This document shows positions 50,569-63,323 of a stretch of 64,000 nt of DNA, piece after piece. Positions within the stretch are counted from its first letter, which is position 1. Each line of letters starts with the position of its first letter. The notes under the pieces were generated by a model, which saw only the letters and a list, made by a program, of their open reading frames with translations, was not told the origin of the DNA and searched no databases. Origin of the DNA: Octopus vulgaris (Eukaryota). A program made the position numbers and the translations under genes. The stretch is taken from the NCBI GenBank assembly GCA_951406725.2, contig OX597822.1:21266001-21330000 (forward strand), read 5' to 3'.

Positions 50569-50842
50569 GTTTATATATTTGTTTTGCAAGATTCTTGAAG
50601 TGAAATCATGTGTTGAAACAGATGTTGTTATATTTAGGAATGGTCATTTTGCCAGTTTAGCAAAATATTACTAATATATTAAATATACATTAATCTTAAT
50701 CTTATTTTGGCCAGTTTGGCCAAAATAAGATTAAGATTAATGTAAAAAATAAATAACGCTGAAGCAAATTAACACCAAATATATAGTGCATGTGTTTTTA
50801 TTGGCTAAACTGGCAAAATGACCATTCCTAAATACAACATAT
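50567..50842. mobile_element. MITE-like element (copy of 18830-19040) with an added internal hairpin of 28-bp arms
   Basis: Same inverted repeats. TACATTAATCTTAATCTTATTTTGGCCA-gtt-TGGCCAAAATAAGATTAAGATTAATGTA at 50686-50744. Confidence 0.8.
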
Positions 50843-50869
50843 TATTATTATCTTTTACTTTTAATCTGC

Positions 50870-51520
50870 ATGTTAGTTACAATTACTTGCTGAGACACAC
50901 CTAGTGTCTTAGGGTGAGTGAAGGATAAGAGATGTTACAGTATGACTGAAAGCTTGGAGCAGGAAGTGGCAAGGGCTGTAGTGAAATATCTTCATGTAAT
51001 ACAACACAGATATTTGAATGGATAGGGTTTTTCTAAGGATGTGGGTAGCAATTGTTTGCACAATCTTTGGGATTTCTTTGTTCTCCTAGGATCTTATTTC
51101 GATGTTTCTGACATCTGTTTTTTTTTCATACCTAGCGCACCTACAATAACAGGAACAGGTCTTGCTTTAAGATGCCACATCTTTTGTATTTCAATTTCCA
51201 GGGCCTTATATTTACTTAATTTGTTAAATTCCTTTACAGACCGATAGAATAAGTACTAGGCTTACAAAGAACAAGTACTGGGGTTGATTTGTTCAACTAA
51301 AGGCAGTGCTCCAGCATGGCCACAGTCAAATGACTGAAATAAATAAAAGAAAGATATATTTTTATCAGTGAGAACATTTACATCTATTAGTCTACAAGTA
51401 TTTTCTTCCCTGTCTTTAATAATTATGCCTGGTTGATTAACCTGGATCATTCTGTCAGTGTTGACTAGAAAATCCCAGAGGATAGTGATATTTTACCTTC
51501 AACGACTGACTCAGGATGAT
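50870..51520 (-). pseudogene. R4/Dong-like 3' fragment interrupted by the 3' half of a SINE family A copy (~51236-51350, +)
   Basis: ILWDFLVNTDRMIQVNQPGIIIKD..CRLIDV, and KYKALEIEIQKMWHLKARPVPVIVGALGM. Confidence 0.82.
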
Positions 51521-51829
51521 GCTCAAACTACTAAGCAGGAGTGCTGGTTTTGTAGTGTTTACATATTTTCCAATGTAAATACTATCCTACCCTGTCGTGG
51601 CGATCTTTGTATTTGTTTGGTGTCAGCACAGGACATCCCTAGATGCGATGGTCTATTGTTCCATCAAATGCGTTGCAGAAATATATTGACACAACCCCTC
51701 TCCCAAGCTTGCTGACCTTGTGCCAAAATTTGAAACCAACATTCTAGTTCTTCCTCTTTCTTCTCCCCATCTTCTCTCCTTCATTTCCCACTCATCTTAT
51801 CTTCCTTTTCCTCCTTTTTTCTCTGCCAT

Positions 51830-51951
51830 TCTTCTTCTTCTTCTTCTTCTTCTTCTTCTTCTTCTTCTTCTTCTTCTTCTTCTTCTTTTTCTTCTTCTTC
51901 TTCTTCTTCTTCTTCTTCTTCTTCTTCTTCTTCTTCTTCTTCTTCTTCTTC
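51830..51951. repeat. (CTT)n microsatellite; another at 52915-52977 preceded by (GTC)n
   Basis: Direct inspection. Confidence 0.95.
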
Positions 51952-52779
51952 AACAACAGAAAATTTAGGTGGTTGATATCAATATTGACTGTTCCATTTT
52001 ACTTCCCACAATGCAAATAATCTCTTTCTCCATCTTGCCTCTGCTTTTACTGATCCTTTGCAAAACTGTTTCTGTCATCCAACATACTCCACCTTTCTTG
52101 TACATTTCTTCCCCTTGCACTACGTTTCTCTATCTATGTAATTGTATTTTACTTGCTCTATAAGCCAATAACAGTATATTTACAATCAGCTGGATCTTGC
52201 TCCATTTCATCTCTTTGGTCATTGATATAATGTTTTCACTTGTGTCATTCTCAAGTTTCATATTAATCATTGCCATTCTGTAAAAGCATGTTGGTACTGA
52301 ATCTTTCTTCGTCTTAGAGTTTTCTTTTATTATATTACCATCATAAATTAACACAACTGAAGCATTGTCATGTTCCCTGTACTAACCTGATGTATTTTCT
52401 TATATTTCTGTATTTGTTTACATATAATTTTTTCCTCTCTCTTTTTCCCACCCTTTACTCCATGCATCTTTATTTCTAAATAATACGTACAGAATATGTA
52501 AATGTGCTTGTATAGAGTTAATATTAATATCATTAGTTATGCATTATTCACTTATGCTCCCTTACTTTTGAAGCTGGGTAAAAGACAAATACTAGACTCA
52601 AAGCAACTAAACTTCTCTGCCTAAATCTATAACCTGATCTCTATTAGAAATTAGCTTTTTGTAGTTTGCTTTTATAATATTGCATCAACTACTTGCCTTT
52701 TAATACATTGTTGTTGTTATTATTATTGAAGATGTTGCATGATATCCAATATCGTGTTGTTGTGGATTGAAGATATTAT

Positions 52780-54591
52780 GTTTGCCGGGGGTTTGTACTG
52801 TTTGTCAAGTCACAATAAGAACCTCAGACAGTTCTTTATGCAATATGAATGTAGTTCCAAGTAATGCTGATTTTGCAATATACTTAGATTGTAGGGTCGT
52901 CGTCGTCGTCGTCGTCTTCTTCTTCTTCTTCTTCTTCTTCTTCTTCTTCTTCTTCTTCTTCTTCTTCTTCTTCTTCTAGGGTAGTTTCCAGATGTTTCTT
53001 TAGGTTAGGTGGTAGTGAACCCAATGCTCCAATGACAATAGGGACAACCTTTATGCTTCACTCTCATAGCTGCCACATGTTGGTGATCTCAATTCTCAGG
53101 TCACCATATTTATCAGTTTTTTTCTTTTCTTTCATGATGATATGTTGATCTCCTGGCACTGCCATGTCTTTCATTAGGAACTCTTGTTTGTCCCTCCTAT
53201 AGGTGACTACATGTGGCCTTCAGTGCTCTAAAACCATGTCTGTTTGGAAGTCAAAGTTCCAGAGGAGCTTTGCCTTCCCCTTTTCATCCCACCTGTTATC
53301 TCATAACTGTTCTTCCAGCATAGTAGCCAGTGAAAGTTTTTGACCACCTTGTCATATCTGCACTCGTACTCTTTCTGTGCAAGATTTTCACAAGCACTAA
53401 CCATGTGAGTCATGCTTTCAACCTTCTTCCAGAATATAGGATGGTACTTTGCAGCAGGCTGGCAATGGACGATCAGTTCCAGTATGTTTCAGTGATTTAG
53501 ATAGGATTTTGAGTGTTGTGCCAAGTGCACCAATTACCACAGGAATAATTGTTATCTTAGTCTTCCATAGTCTTTTCAGCTCACTGGCTAGATCCCGATA
53601 TTTCTCATTTTTGAAATTCCATTTGTATTGATTCTGTTATCATAGCCAATTGCAAAGTCTGTAATCTTACACTTTTTATTTTCTTCATTAAAATTGTTTC
53701 TCATTTTCTTTCTTCAATAGTATGGTCAGTTATATATGGGGAAGTCCCACAAGATCATGCATTCTCATTTCTTAATACAGCCTCTGGTTCATGTTCTTAC
53801 TGCTTTCCTGTTATTTTGAAACCAAGCTAACATCCTACACAGTCATGCATATACAGCCATGCCTACACTTACACTCTTTTTGTGCTAGCTTTCTGTATTC
53901 ACTCAAGTGATACTTTTGTCTCTTTTCTTGCAGATTCTACATTTACTGTTTGACTGAATTTTGTTGATCTTTCTCTTCATCAGATTCACCCTAATGGCTT
54001 GTACCTGAGTGGCTATAATTAGTAATCCAGTCTCTTGTTTCAGGTTTCAAACCATCAGAGAGAGTCAGCATTCTTTAATTCCAACATTCTCAGTTTGTTG
54101 TATAAATTGGCCATGTAATTCCACTTCTTTCAATCTGTTTCCTTTATTGGTAAGTTTGTCTGTAATACTTTTAAGACAGTACGCATTGTGAATTGTGAGT
54201 AGTTTTCTAGTTCTTTTCGCCAAGTTCTGTAGCTCAACCTTTGTCCATTTCAGAAAGGGAGTAGAGTATCTTGATACTGGCATAGCCCATGCATTTATTG
54301 CTTTAATGATATTTCTTCTATTATTATTACGATTATTAGTTTGATGAAAACTCTTGGCTTATTTCATTGGGTATGATGGAAATTGTTAGCTGCCCACAGC
54401 CAGCAAACTAAGGTAACACTTGCTTACTGATCATGTTTCAAGAACCCAGCAGAGAATTCTTGCAGTTCTATGGAATGATGATTTTTGTAGGTGTTCTATC
54501 TTTACATTGGTACAGATCTTTTTGAGCCATGTTGGTAGCTGAATGCTGATACTTCCAAGCTCACAAATTACTATTGTTATCTGATAATTCC

Positions 54592-54645
<54 letters not shown>

Positions 54646-55410
54646 ATAGTTCAACATTTGGTAGTTTGAGGCAAATGTCTACTGCATCACCTGCTATACC
54701 TCCATATTGCTGGGGTGTGTGCAGCATTGTGTGTCCTTTTCTGATGTTGGGAGTGCATAAACTCTTCCTGGTATTACAGCGTTAGATTAGATTTCTTTTC
54801 CCTTGAGGTGCAGTGCAGTCTTTTGTTGTATTACTGCTTATATTGTGTGTTGAATGTGTAACGCATGGGCTTTCTAACTTGCTGGTGGAAGTTTATTTCA
54901 CTGGATGATTGCTGTATAGAGTGTCTTGTGTTTGTGGGTTGTTTTTTTTAGGTTGTATTATTGAATTGATAGTGTCTTGAATAGGATGTGGGCTGTTCCT
55001 AGCAAGACTATTTTTTGGATAGTGTGTAGTTTTGAGGTCCCAGGTATACCTTCTACGTTTTTTGTCCATATGTTTTTTTTTTATCATGCCCAATTCTCCA
55101 GTTATTATTAGTATTGCTTTTAACTTCATGCCCCACATCTTAAATACTTCAATTTTGAGGTCTTTGTATTTTGACAATTTCTCCACTTCATTTTGGACAA
55201 TATTTCGATCAGAAAGAACTGTAATGACTATCAATAATCAGGTGTTTTGATCCCAATATTTGATTATGTCTGGATGATTAGCTTTCATTTCTTTGTCAGT
55301 TTGAACTGGCCTATTGCAGATGATTGTGGACTGGTCGTTGTCTTGTACCTTGATTGGCACATGTTTATACCACTTATTGTAAGTTTTAGTGTTGTAATGC
55401 TGGCATATTA
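52780..55410 (-). pseudogene. Stack of at least four decayed R4/Dong-like 3' fragments (~52780-53430, 53450-54320, 54430-54590, 54780-55410)
   Basis: HMVSACENLAQKEY, AINAWAMPVSRYS..KWTKVELQNL, LHGQF, IEHLQKS..TARIL, EVEKLSKYKDLKIEVFKMW. Confidence 0.82.
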
Positions 55411-55421
55411 TTATTATTATT

Positions 55422-55835
55422 GTGTGAGAGAGCAGTTCATGCCATCAAAGTGACACAGGGGTAAAATATACGAAGCCCAATATACCCATCATGACTACCC
55501 GTCTGATAAGGGTACACCAGGCACATGCATCACAACCACATGTGCGCGACATGGTGATCTCATATCAAGATAAACAGCACATGACCTTGCAGGTGGGGCC
55601 CAGTTAGAATTTTCTTCAGGTTGAGTAGCCCATCCTGCTCAAACGGTCCCTGAATAAGGGTTGTTTAAGGATGTTGAAAAAACCACCCATGTTTCCAGAG
55701 GTGAATTATTCAAACCCCAAAGAATCCCTCTCAACACATGGCTATGATGCTCCCCCACTACTTCTGCTCGTGATCAGAGATGCACATATCGTCAGCCACT
55801 AAGGGACATGCTCAACTGGTTAAGGTCAAACAACT

Positions 55836-55836
<1 letters not shown>
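55422..55836 (-). mobile_element. Truncated copy of the (TTA)n-embedded element at 35291-35846
   Basis: Near-identical sequence with (TTA)n on both sides. Confidence 0.85.
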
Positions 55837-55893
<57 letters not shown>

Positions 55894-55899
55894 CATTAT

Positions 55900-57420
55900 C
55901 TTTTCACATATTGTGCTTTCCTGCACATATTCTAATTTACAAAATCATTCTTTGAATGTATGCTGGAATGTTTGTGATGTTAAGTATTCTCATTCACAAT
56001 TTCACAAATACTGTTTCCCTAGGATAAGCTGTGTAGGAGTTCAATATTATCTTTTGCAACAAACATATATCAGATTTTTCCAGAAAATTATTCAATTCAT
56101 TTATAATTTCTCTTTAAACTGTATTTTGAGTTTCTTTAGTCACATGGAAAATTCTTTTATTCACATTGCATATTTGTCCTATTTTATTCGTAGGTCTTTA
56201 TATTTGTTGAATTTTCAGCTTTCTTAACTGCAATTTTTCTTTCATTTCAGCAACACATATCTGCCAGTATGCAAACTGTGATGGCCATAGTTATTATAAC
56301 AATAGCACAGTGGATAGATTCTATCTATCCATCTAAGATTATTTGCATATACCTGAGAATAATAATGTTCATATATTCTACCTGAACCTCTGATCTATGC
56401 TTCATATCACTTTTCTTCAGTTAGAATATTTGCTTCTTTGCATGTTCTCTAAAAGAGATTACAAGCTGCTCTGTCATGTCCATGAATATCCTTTCTTACA
56501 ACCAGAATGTATTTTAAAAATATATTGTTAATATTCTGATGATGGTTATAATAGTGGCAATGGTGATGGTAATGTTTCGACTTGTTTTTCTATCCTTCTT
56601 GTTATATGATGCAAGTAGTTTCATGTGAGATTTTTACTGCCCCACTGGGTGAAATTTTCTCTTAGTATGTTTTTTTTTTCCTATTGTCAGTATTTTCCAT
56701 AATTTGTGTAGTATCTAGTATTGCTATATTCTGTATTTTGAATCTAAGTCCTAGGATTTCTGCTAAATATTTGTCCCATCTTTTTTTAATTATTGTTCAG
56801 ACACATACTATTATTAAGATTGTTTTTGTTTTCACTCCATATATTCCAGCAATATCTATTTCCAGATCTTTAGACTGGAATATTTCTCGAAGGCACATAG
56901 TATTATGAAGATTGTTTTTGTTTTCACTCCATACATTTTGGTTATCTTTATTTCCAGATATTTATATTGGAATATTTCTCTATTGTTCTATAATAAATAT
57001 TATCTGTTGGAAATGATACCTTGATTAGACTTTTCTTTTCCTGATAGTCTTTATCAACAATATTTGGACAGTGAGTAATAAATTTTCCCTCTGAATTGGT
57101 ATGTCTCAAAAGATGCTGACTTTGTTATTCTCTGAACTTCTTTGCCAGCTATTTTCAATGTGTATTCCATAATACTGACATAGTTTCCTTCCAATTCTTC
57201 ATATCATTAATTAAGACTGGGATGCCAGAATCAGAGAGATTAATATTTTTTCATAGTTTGCTCATATTGTACAGTTGAGTTTCATATTTTCCTTCCATGA
57301 TATGCCGGGGTAATAGTTTCTGATGGGAAAGCTTTGGTCTTGTTCTCCAATCAAAATCCTTCTATTTGCCCCTTTGAGTCCTGTATTCTTCAATTCTTCT
57401 GTGATGCTGAGATTTTGTTT
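55900..57420 (-). pseudogene. Further decayed R4/Dong-like fragments, including a ~90-bp tandem duplication at ~56810-56980
   Basis: KYKDL and YKYLEIK motifs; repeated aagattgtttttgttttcactccata..ttccagat..tggaatatttctc. Confidence 0.6.
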
Positions 57421-58533
57421 TCATACACTTAATAACACACAAAAATATATATACAACAGTTGTTAGTAATGCTTATCTATCTACAAAGCTTTTAAAAAGC
57501 AAACAATAAATTAATTTAACCACACCATTTGTGATCTGGTTGATCAAGAAAAAAACTGTTTCAATCAGAAATTAGTGGATTGATTAAGACAATTATAACT
57601 CTACATACAACAGAAAGAGGGTGAATTTTTGTATTTTTGTTTTAAGTATGTCCTTATTATTAGAAAACTTTACCACTCTGACAAATATGAATGATTGAGG
57701 GTACATATAGAAAATGATATTTAAGTTCTTGTTTTAAGTAATAATAAGAAGGTAGAAAACTTGGAAGTCACTTTATGACATATTTGCAGAATAAAATCTG
57801 ATTGACACATGGAAAGCTTACCAGTGAATACACTAGGACCTGTTGTGGAGTTTACACTGATAATGAGCAAAATGAGTAAGACCATTAATTTAGAGCCATT
57901 TTCAGGAAATTCAGTGAGAGTAGCTGATATAGTAGAAACTTCTTTGAATATTTGCTGTATCACTAATCACAAACTTTCAGTGATGAAAGGAAAATGTTTC
58001 AATAATTGTCATTACTATGTCACAAGACATTGGTCAATCTAAGACATTAAGAGCAACTGCAATTCATCAGATGCATTAATTAGTTGGAATTTGGATAACT
58101 GGATCAAATAAAGAACCTGACAGAATCATAGATAATCTACAAAATAAAAGTGGGTTGTATACAATGTTGGTAGGGTGGCATGTTTACTCCAGAATCTGTA
58201 TCTAAAAATACATGAGTCAGTTGTAAATGTATTGTTTCAAACAATGTTAACTCTCGTTTTGACAGAGATTAATGTTCTGAAGACTTGTCAATGATAATAA
58301 TAAAAATGTTGGCTGTCAGTTAATAGTTTCTATGAGTCATTATTTTATATCGCAGTTGGTGATAAATATTGATGTTGGATACAGGTTATCAGGCAGTTAA
58401 TCTCTAGTTCGCTGCATTTCTGATAGCAAGAAAGATTGGAGTATCTATAGCACAATGTGGAGCAATTATGGCAAATGACTTCACAAAGCCCCAGAGATTT
58501 TTTTTCACCAATACCTATATCTTTCACCAGCGT

Positions 58534-58749
58534 ACAGTGGGTGCTAAAAGTTCCTGGCTCTAACAATATCACAAAAGGCCTAGTAGGGGGTCCAAACTTC
58601 TAAGTTCTTTTACAGGGCCCAGAAAAACTGAAGGACTGTTATAATAAGTGTGTGAATCTGAGAGGGGAATATGTTGAATAAAATCATAATTAACTGATCC
58701 TCCTGTATATTCTTTTACCTAAAGCCAAAAACGTTTCAGCATCCCTTCA
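58534..58749 (+). mobile_element. Mariner-derived MITE (~215 bp)
   Basis: Imperfect TIRs gggtgctaaaagttcctggct / agccaaaaacgtttcagcatccc. Internal EKLKDCYNKCVNLRGEYVE* is a mariner C-terminus. Confidence 0.8.
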
Positions 58750-59861
58750 TATATTGGTGAAAATACAGACATATACATACACAATGGGCCTCTACTCACT
58801 ATCTATGAAATTCCACTCACAAGACATTGGTCAATCTAAGAAGCTGTGTATTGGATTGAACTTGGAATAACTTGATTATGAAACAAACTTCTTAACCACA
58901 TTGCCATGTCTAGATTGAGAGAATGAATGAAGACTAAATGTAGTGACAGTCAGAAATTTCAAATTCTGTACCTTGGCACACTGCTCTGTTAAGCAGGGTT
59001 GATTAGTCTTCTAGGAATTTTCGAGGTGAATCAAAAAAGGTTACAATATTTAGGAGACTCAAGTGGTTTTAATGCACTGCACCAATGCATGCATATTCTA
59101 TTTCAGAAAAAAATGTAAAGCTGTACCCATATCTGTTTTAAAACAATTTTATAACTTGTATACAATAAAACTTTTTTGAAAGCTGTTGGTGTGTTATAAT
59201 CTTTTATCCAGTGAGGCATGGATCAAAGAACATTGAAAATCACAGCTGTTATTGATCACTAATTCCTAAGTTCTTAGGTTATTTTGTTTGTTTCCTCTTC
59301 CTCTTGGTTTATAAAGCAATTAGAAGCTCCATTTTAGATACATCAGTATATAGGTAACATAATTTTGTTTATTTAATCGATCTAGAAGTTATAAAACAAA
59401 TTTGAAATGTGTACATTAGGAACTGTGTTAAAAGGGCATTAAAGTGATGTGTGGATCTGCTTATTTTGTATTATAGAAGAATTCCCCACTACCAAAAAAA
59501 GTAAAAAAAAAAAAAAAGAATAAGTAAAAACCTTAGTTTTAACAAAATAGCCATACATAGAGAAAGTAAATGTTTGATAGTTACTTAGCAAACAGAGCTA
59601 GGAGATATCAGATTCCTGATGACAAATCAATATTGTGTCTCACTGTAATAAGCAGTGCAGAAAGCTAAGGATTGGAAGCTGTGGACTGTTTAGCAGAAAC
59701 CTAGTATAGTGGATAGGGTTAGTGATAATATTGGGTTTGGGTCAAAGGTACACAAAAAAAAATTTCAATGTATTCTCACTTAATTTAAATGTAATATTAT
59801 GTGTGGTTTACAAAGCTGGAGATTGTTTTATTCACCAAGTCATTAAGTAACTATTTAAAAT

Positions 59862-60070
59862 ATAAAGTTAATCCAAACAAGAAAGCACAAAAAGACACAA
59901 CAATGCGAGGACGTGGAACAAATATTGTATTATTGGACGCTCAGGAAAGAAGGAAAGAAGGAGGGTTTAACGTTTCAAGCGGAGCTCTTCGTTGGAAACA
60001 TGAGAGAAGGAAAGATCCAGAGAAGGGAAGAGAGAGGAAAAAAAATCGCCAACGGTACACACGCGGTCAC
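59862..60070 (-). mobile_element. Penelope-terminus-like repeat with minimal hammerhead (~59965-59999); copy of 14120-14328
   Basis: Minus strand reads GTTT-CCAACGA-AGAGC TCC GCTT-GAAA-CG-TT-AAAC. Confidence 0.7.
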
Positions 60071-61943
60071 TGAATAAGTTTACAGTGACTTGACTATTTG
60101 GTTTTAAAAACAAAGCCTCCCTGGCTATCTTTCACAGCCAGTTATTCTTCTGTGATGCCTATTGTTGTTTGTCTACTGAACCATTTTCTGTATGTAGCAA
60201 TACTGGTAACCTTTGTTGAGATGATTTCAGAAGGTGGAAACATGTTCAGAGTTGTTCCAAACAATGATCAGGTTCACTCTCCCCCACAATTCCATCATCA
60301 TTTTTTAATTAATTTAATTAATCAATTTATATACTTTTTAATTAGTTATCAATTATTGTTAATGTATCAAAATTAATCTTTAAACTAATGTTTGTTGTTT
60401 TGCTCCTAGCTACAGATGCAACTTTTATGAAAATTTCTTACATCAAGTGTGTTAACTCTAATTTAACTATGTGTGAAATACTAGTCTGTCATGGATTTAC
60501 TAACTAGAAAATTTTTGTCCCTATATCTAATTTTGATGCTCTGATCCACTTAGTTATTTACTCATTTCAACATTTCAAACCTGAATCATATTTATCTCTG
60601 TTAAAACCTGTTACTTATTTTCTAAAATTACACAACTAATGCCACCATAGTATTGTCTATGTATATTAACTTGATCACACAACCAGTCCAAGCTGATAAT
60701 AATGATGATAAGAGGAATAAAAGGGAGGAGAATAATATGCAACATTTATATAATGCTGTTCTTATCATAGTACTTCTCTCTTCCATCAAGATGTCTGTGT
60801 TTGAGGGATGCATCAGATCAGTCCATTACCCTTTCTGTAATGCCAACCACTTTCAGGTCACTCGTTGTAACCATTCACTTTTATTATCAGTTCCAATCTC
60901 TATTACTGTCTACCACTTGTTCTCTTTCCTACACTTACAAGCATGTAGCTGTTGCTTCCATCTCCCTTTTATTATAGCCTACCATCACACTCTCTTTTCC
61001 ATTATGATTTCCTACTCTGTTTTTCCACTTTATACACACACCTGGTACACTCTGTAAAATGGTTGGCAAATGAATGGTGACAACACAGTGTCAAGAGGAC
61101 TCATTTAATTTGGTCATAGACATGACAACCTCTCAAGTGAGGGTGTCAGTATAAATACACATAGTATACTCTGGAAAGTGGTTGGCATTAGTAAGGCCAT
61201 CTTGGCATAAACAGAATGTACAAGCAAGATGTGGTTCCCTAATCCAGCTAGAAGTGCAGTAATCCAAAACAGAAAATGGCATAAGTTGTGATAATTTAAC
61301 TCATGCCAGATTGGAAAATAGACTTAAAATGATAATGATGATGACGATGGTGATGGTGGTGAGAATAAATCAGTGCCCAAACTAGCTAAAATTTAAGTAA
61401 AAAAAAAAAAGCATAAATGTTAAGTTCTAGCATTAATGCTCATGGCAACTGAATAACATTGTTTATTTCCTATTTGGGTATTTCCAAAGATGGTGTGTTA
61501 GAAATGAATGACTGTTTCAAGATCATTATTTACATCTCTTATTATAAAAGGCAGATTTTATCTGCCTCCCTTTGGGAGTTATACAAATCTACAATATAGG
61601 ATTTCTTCAATTACAATTTACCTAGCATTTTTGAGAGTACAATGCATCGCGTCATGCCAGGTCCAGTTTTTAAAATTTAAACTCCAATTAAGCAAAATTT
61701 ACAGAAAACTCACATTCTGGTGTGTGTGTCAAATGCTTTTCTTAGTCTGGTTTACACCACATGCAAACGCACACACACAGTGGGCAACGAATAAAATGAA
61801 AGTAAATAGCGACAGAGTGATTTGAGGAAGACTAAAGTGAAAGTATTCTGTCTATGACGCTGATAGATACATGAGTAAAATGTATGGGAAGCTAAGAGTG
61901 AGTGAAAATGTTCTTGGAAGAGAGTAATTAGTAATAAAGTAAA

Positions 61944-62250
61944 CATACACTCATACATACATACATACATACATACTTACATACATATATACATACATAC
62001 ATACATACATACACACACATACACACACACATACATACACACACACATACATACATACACACATACATACATACATACATATACATACATACATACACAC
62101 ACACACATACACACACACACAGTATTGAAGCTTGAGAACAATCAGATGCATTTGCAACACATCTGTTGAAAATATTATTGTTCACACACATACATATACA
62201 TATATACAGACAGACAGACAGACAGATAGACACACACACACACACACACA
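61944..62250. repeat. (CATA)n/(CA)n/(CAGA)n compound microsatellites
   Basis: Direct inspection. Confidence 0.9.
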
Positions 62251-62304
62251 TGATCCAGCATGGCCACAACCTCAAGGCTGAAACATATAAAAGAATAACA
62301 GAAT

Positions 62305-62668
62305 ATAAATGTGTGCAAAGTACAAGAAATATTAATGCAGTATATGGGGATTGGACAATAAGCATAAGGCAGTGTCAATGGTGGTTCCAGAAATCCCGAG
62401 CCATAAACTACAGCCTAGAAGACGAGCCTCATCCTGAAAGATCTGTAGAACTCGACAAGGACATCCTGAAAACCCTGGTGGAACAAAATATCATCGTAAC
62501 TGTTGAGGAACTAGCAGAGAAGCTTGGATTTGGTCATTCAACCATTCATTGACACCTGTGTGCTATCGGAAAAGTCAGCAAATTGGGTCAATGGGTTCCT
62601 CACGAACTTTCCGAGTCTAATTGCATGCAGAGAGTGAATGTATGCTTTTCTTTGCTGTCATATCTCAC
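62305..62668 (+). pseudogene. Mariner transposase N-terminal fragment
   Basis: RNINAVYGD..QCQWWFQK..SLEDEPHPERSVELD..TVEELAEKL..IH*HLCAIGKVSKLGQWVPHELSE contains the WVPHEL motif. Confidence 0.9.
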
Positions 62669-62687
62669 CACTACTGCGCTATGTATA

Positions 62688-63323
62688 TCTATATATATAA
62701 AACTGTAGTTGTGTGAGTGTCTGTCCCCTTCGATTTAGATTCCTAACTACTCCCACATTTTGCGGTACAGTTTAACCAAATTCGGGTAGCTTATAGTCGT
62801 GATTCATATCGAGTCCGTCTGAATATTAGCGCGCGTCTACGATGAGTCTACGATTTTAAAAATAATTTAACATCATTTTTTATTCCATTTTAATGCATAA
62901 TTTTTCGTGTGTCGATGGCGGCGGAGTTGGCGTCCACGCTCACACCTGCACCTGTGGGGAAGGGAGTGTAAGGAAATCAACGTCGTAATGCGTTGTCAAG
63001 GAGACCAGTGTTCTTTTAGAACAACGACTTCATGGCTTGAAGACACCAAAACAGAAATGGCTAAGAAAGCGTCTACATGAGTCTACGATTTAAAAAAAAA
63101 TTTACCATCGTTTTTTTCCCATTTTAATGCATTTTTCGCTATTATATAAGGGAAGTAACTCTCTAAAAATGTCTACGATGAGTCAACGATTTAAAAAAAA
63201 ATTTACCATCATATTTTTTCCATTTTTAATGCATTTTTTGCTATTTTTTGTCTATAACTCTCTAAAAATGCTTATATAGTTATTTCCCTTACAAACCCGA
63301 GCAACGCCGGGCGATACTGCTAG
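62688..63323 (+). mobile_element. Young non-autonomous Helitron (636 bp)
   Basis: A|TCTATATATATAAA ... CTAG|T, with subterminal hairpin CCCGaGC-AAC-GCCGGG (63296-63311) and no TSD. CpG-rich; three internal gtctacgatgagtc.acgattt repeats. Confidence 0.92.

Noticed and set aside
57721-58042. Overlapping ~80-aa ORFs on both strands
   Set aside because: No recognisable motif or convincing splice signals; the length is within chance expectation.
58021-58840. Exact 23-bp match CACAAGACATTGGTCAATCTAAG at two sites
   Set aside because: Both lie in decayed SINE family A sequence; explained by a shared subfamily or local duplication.
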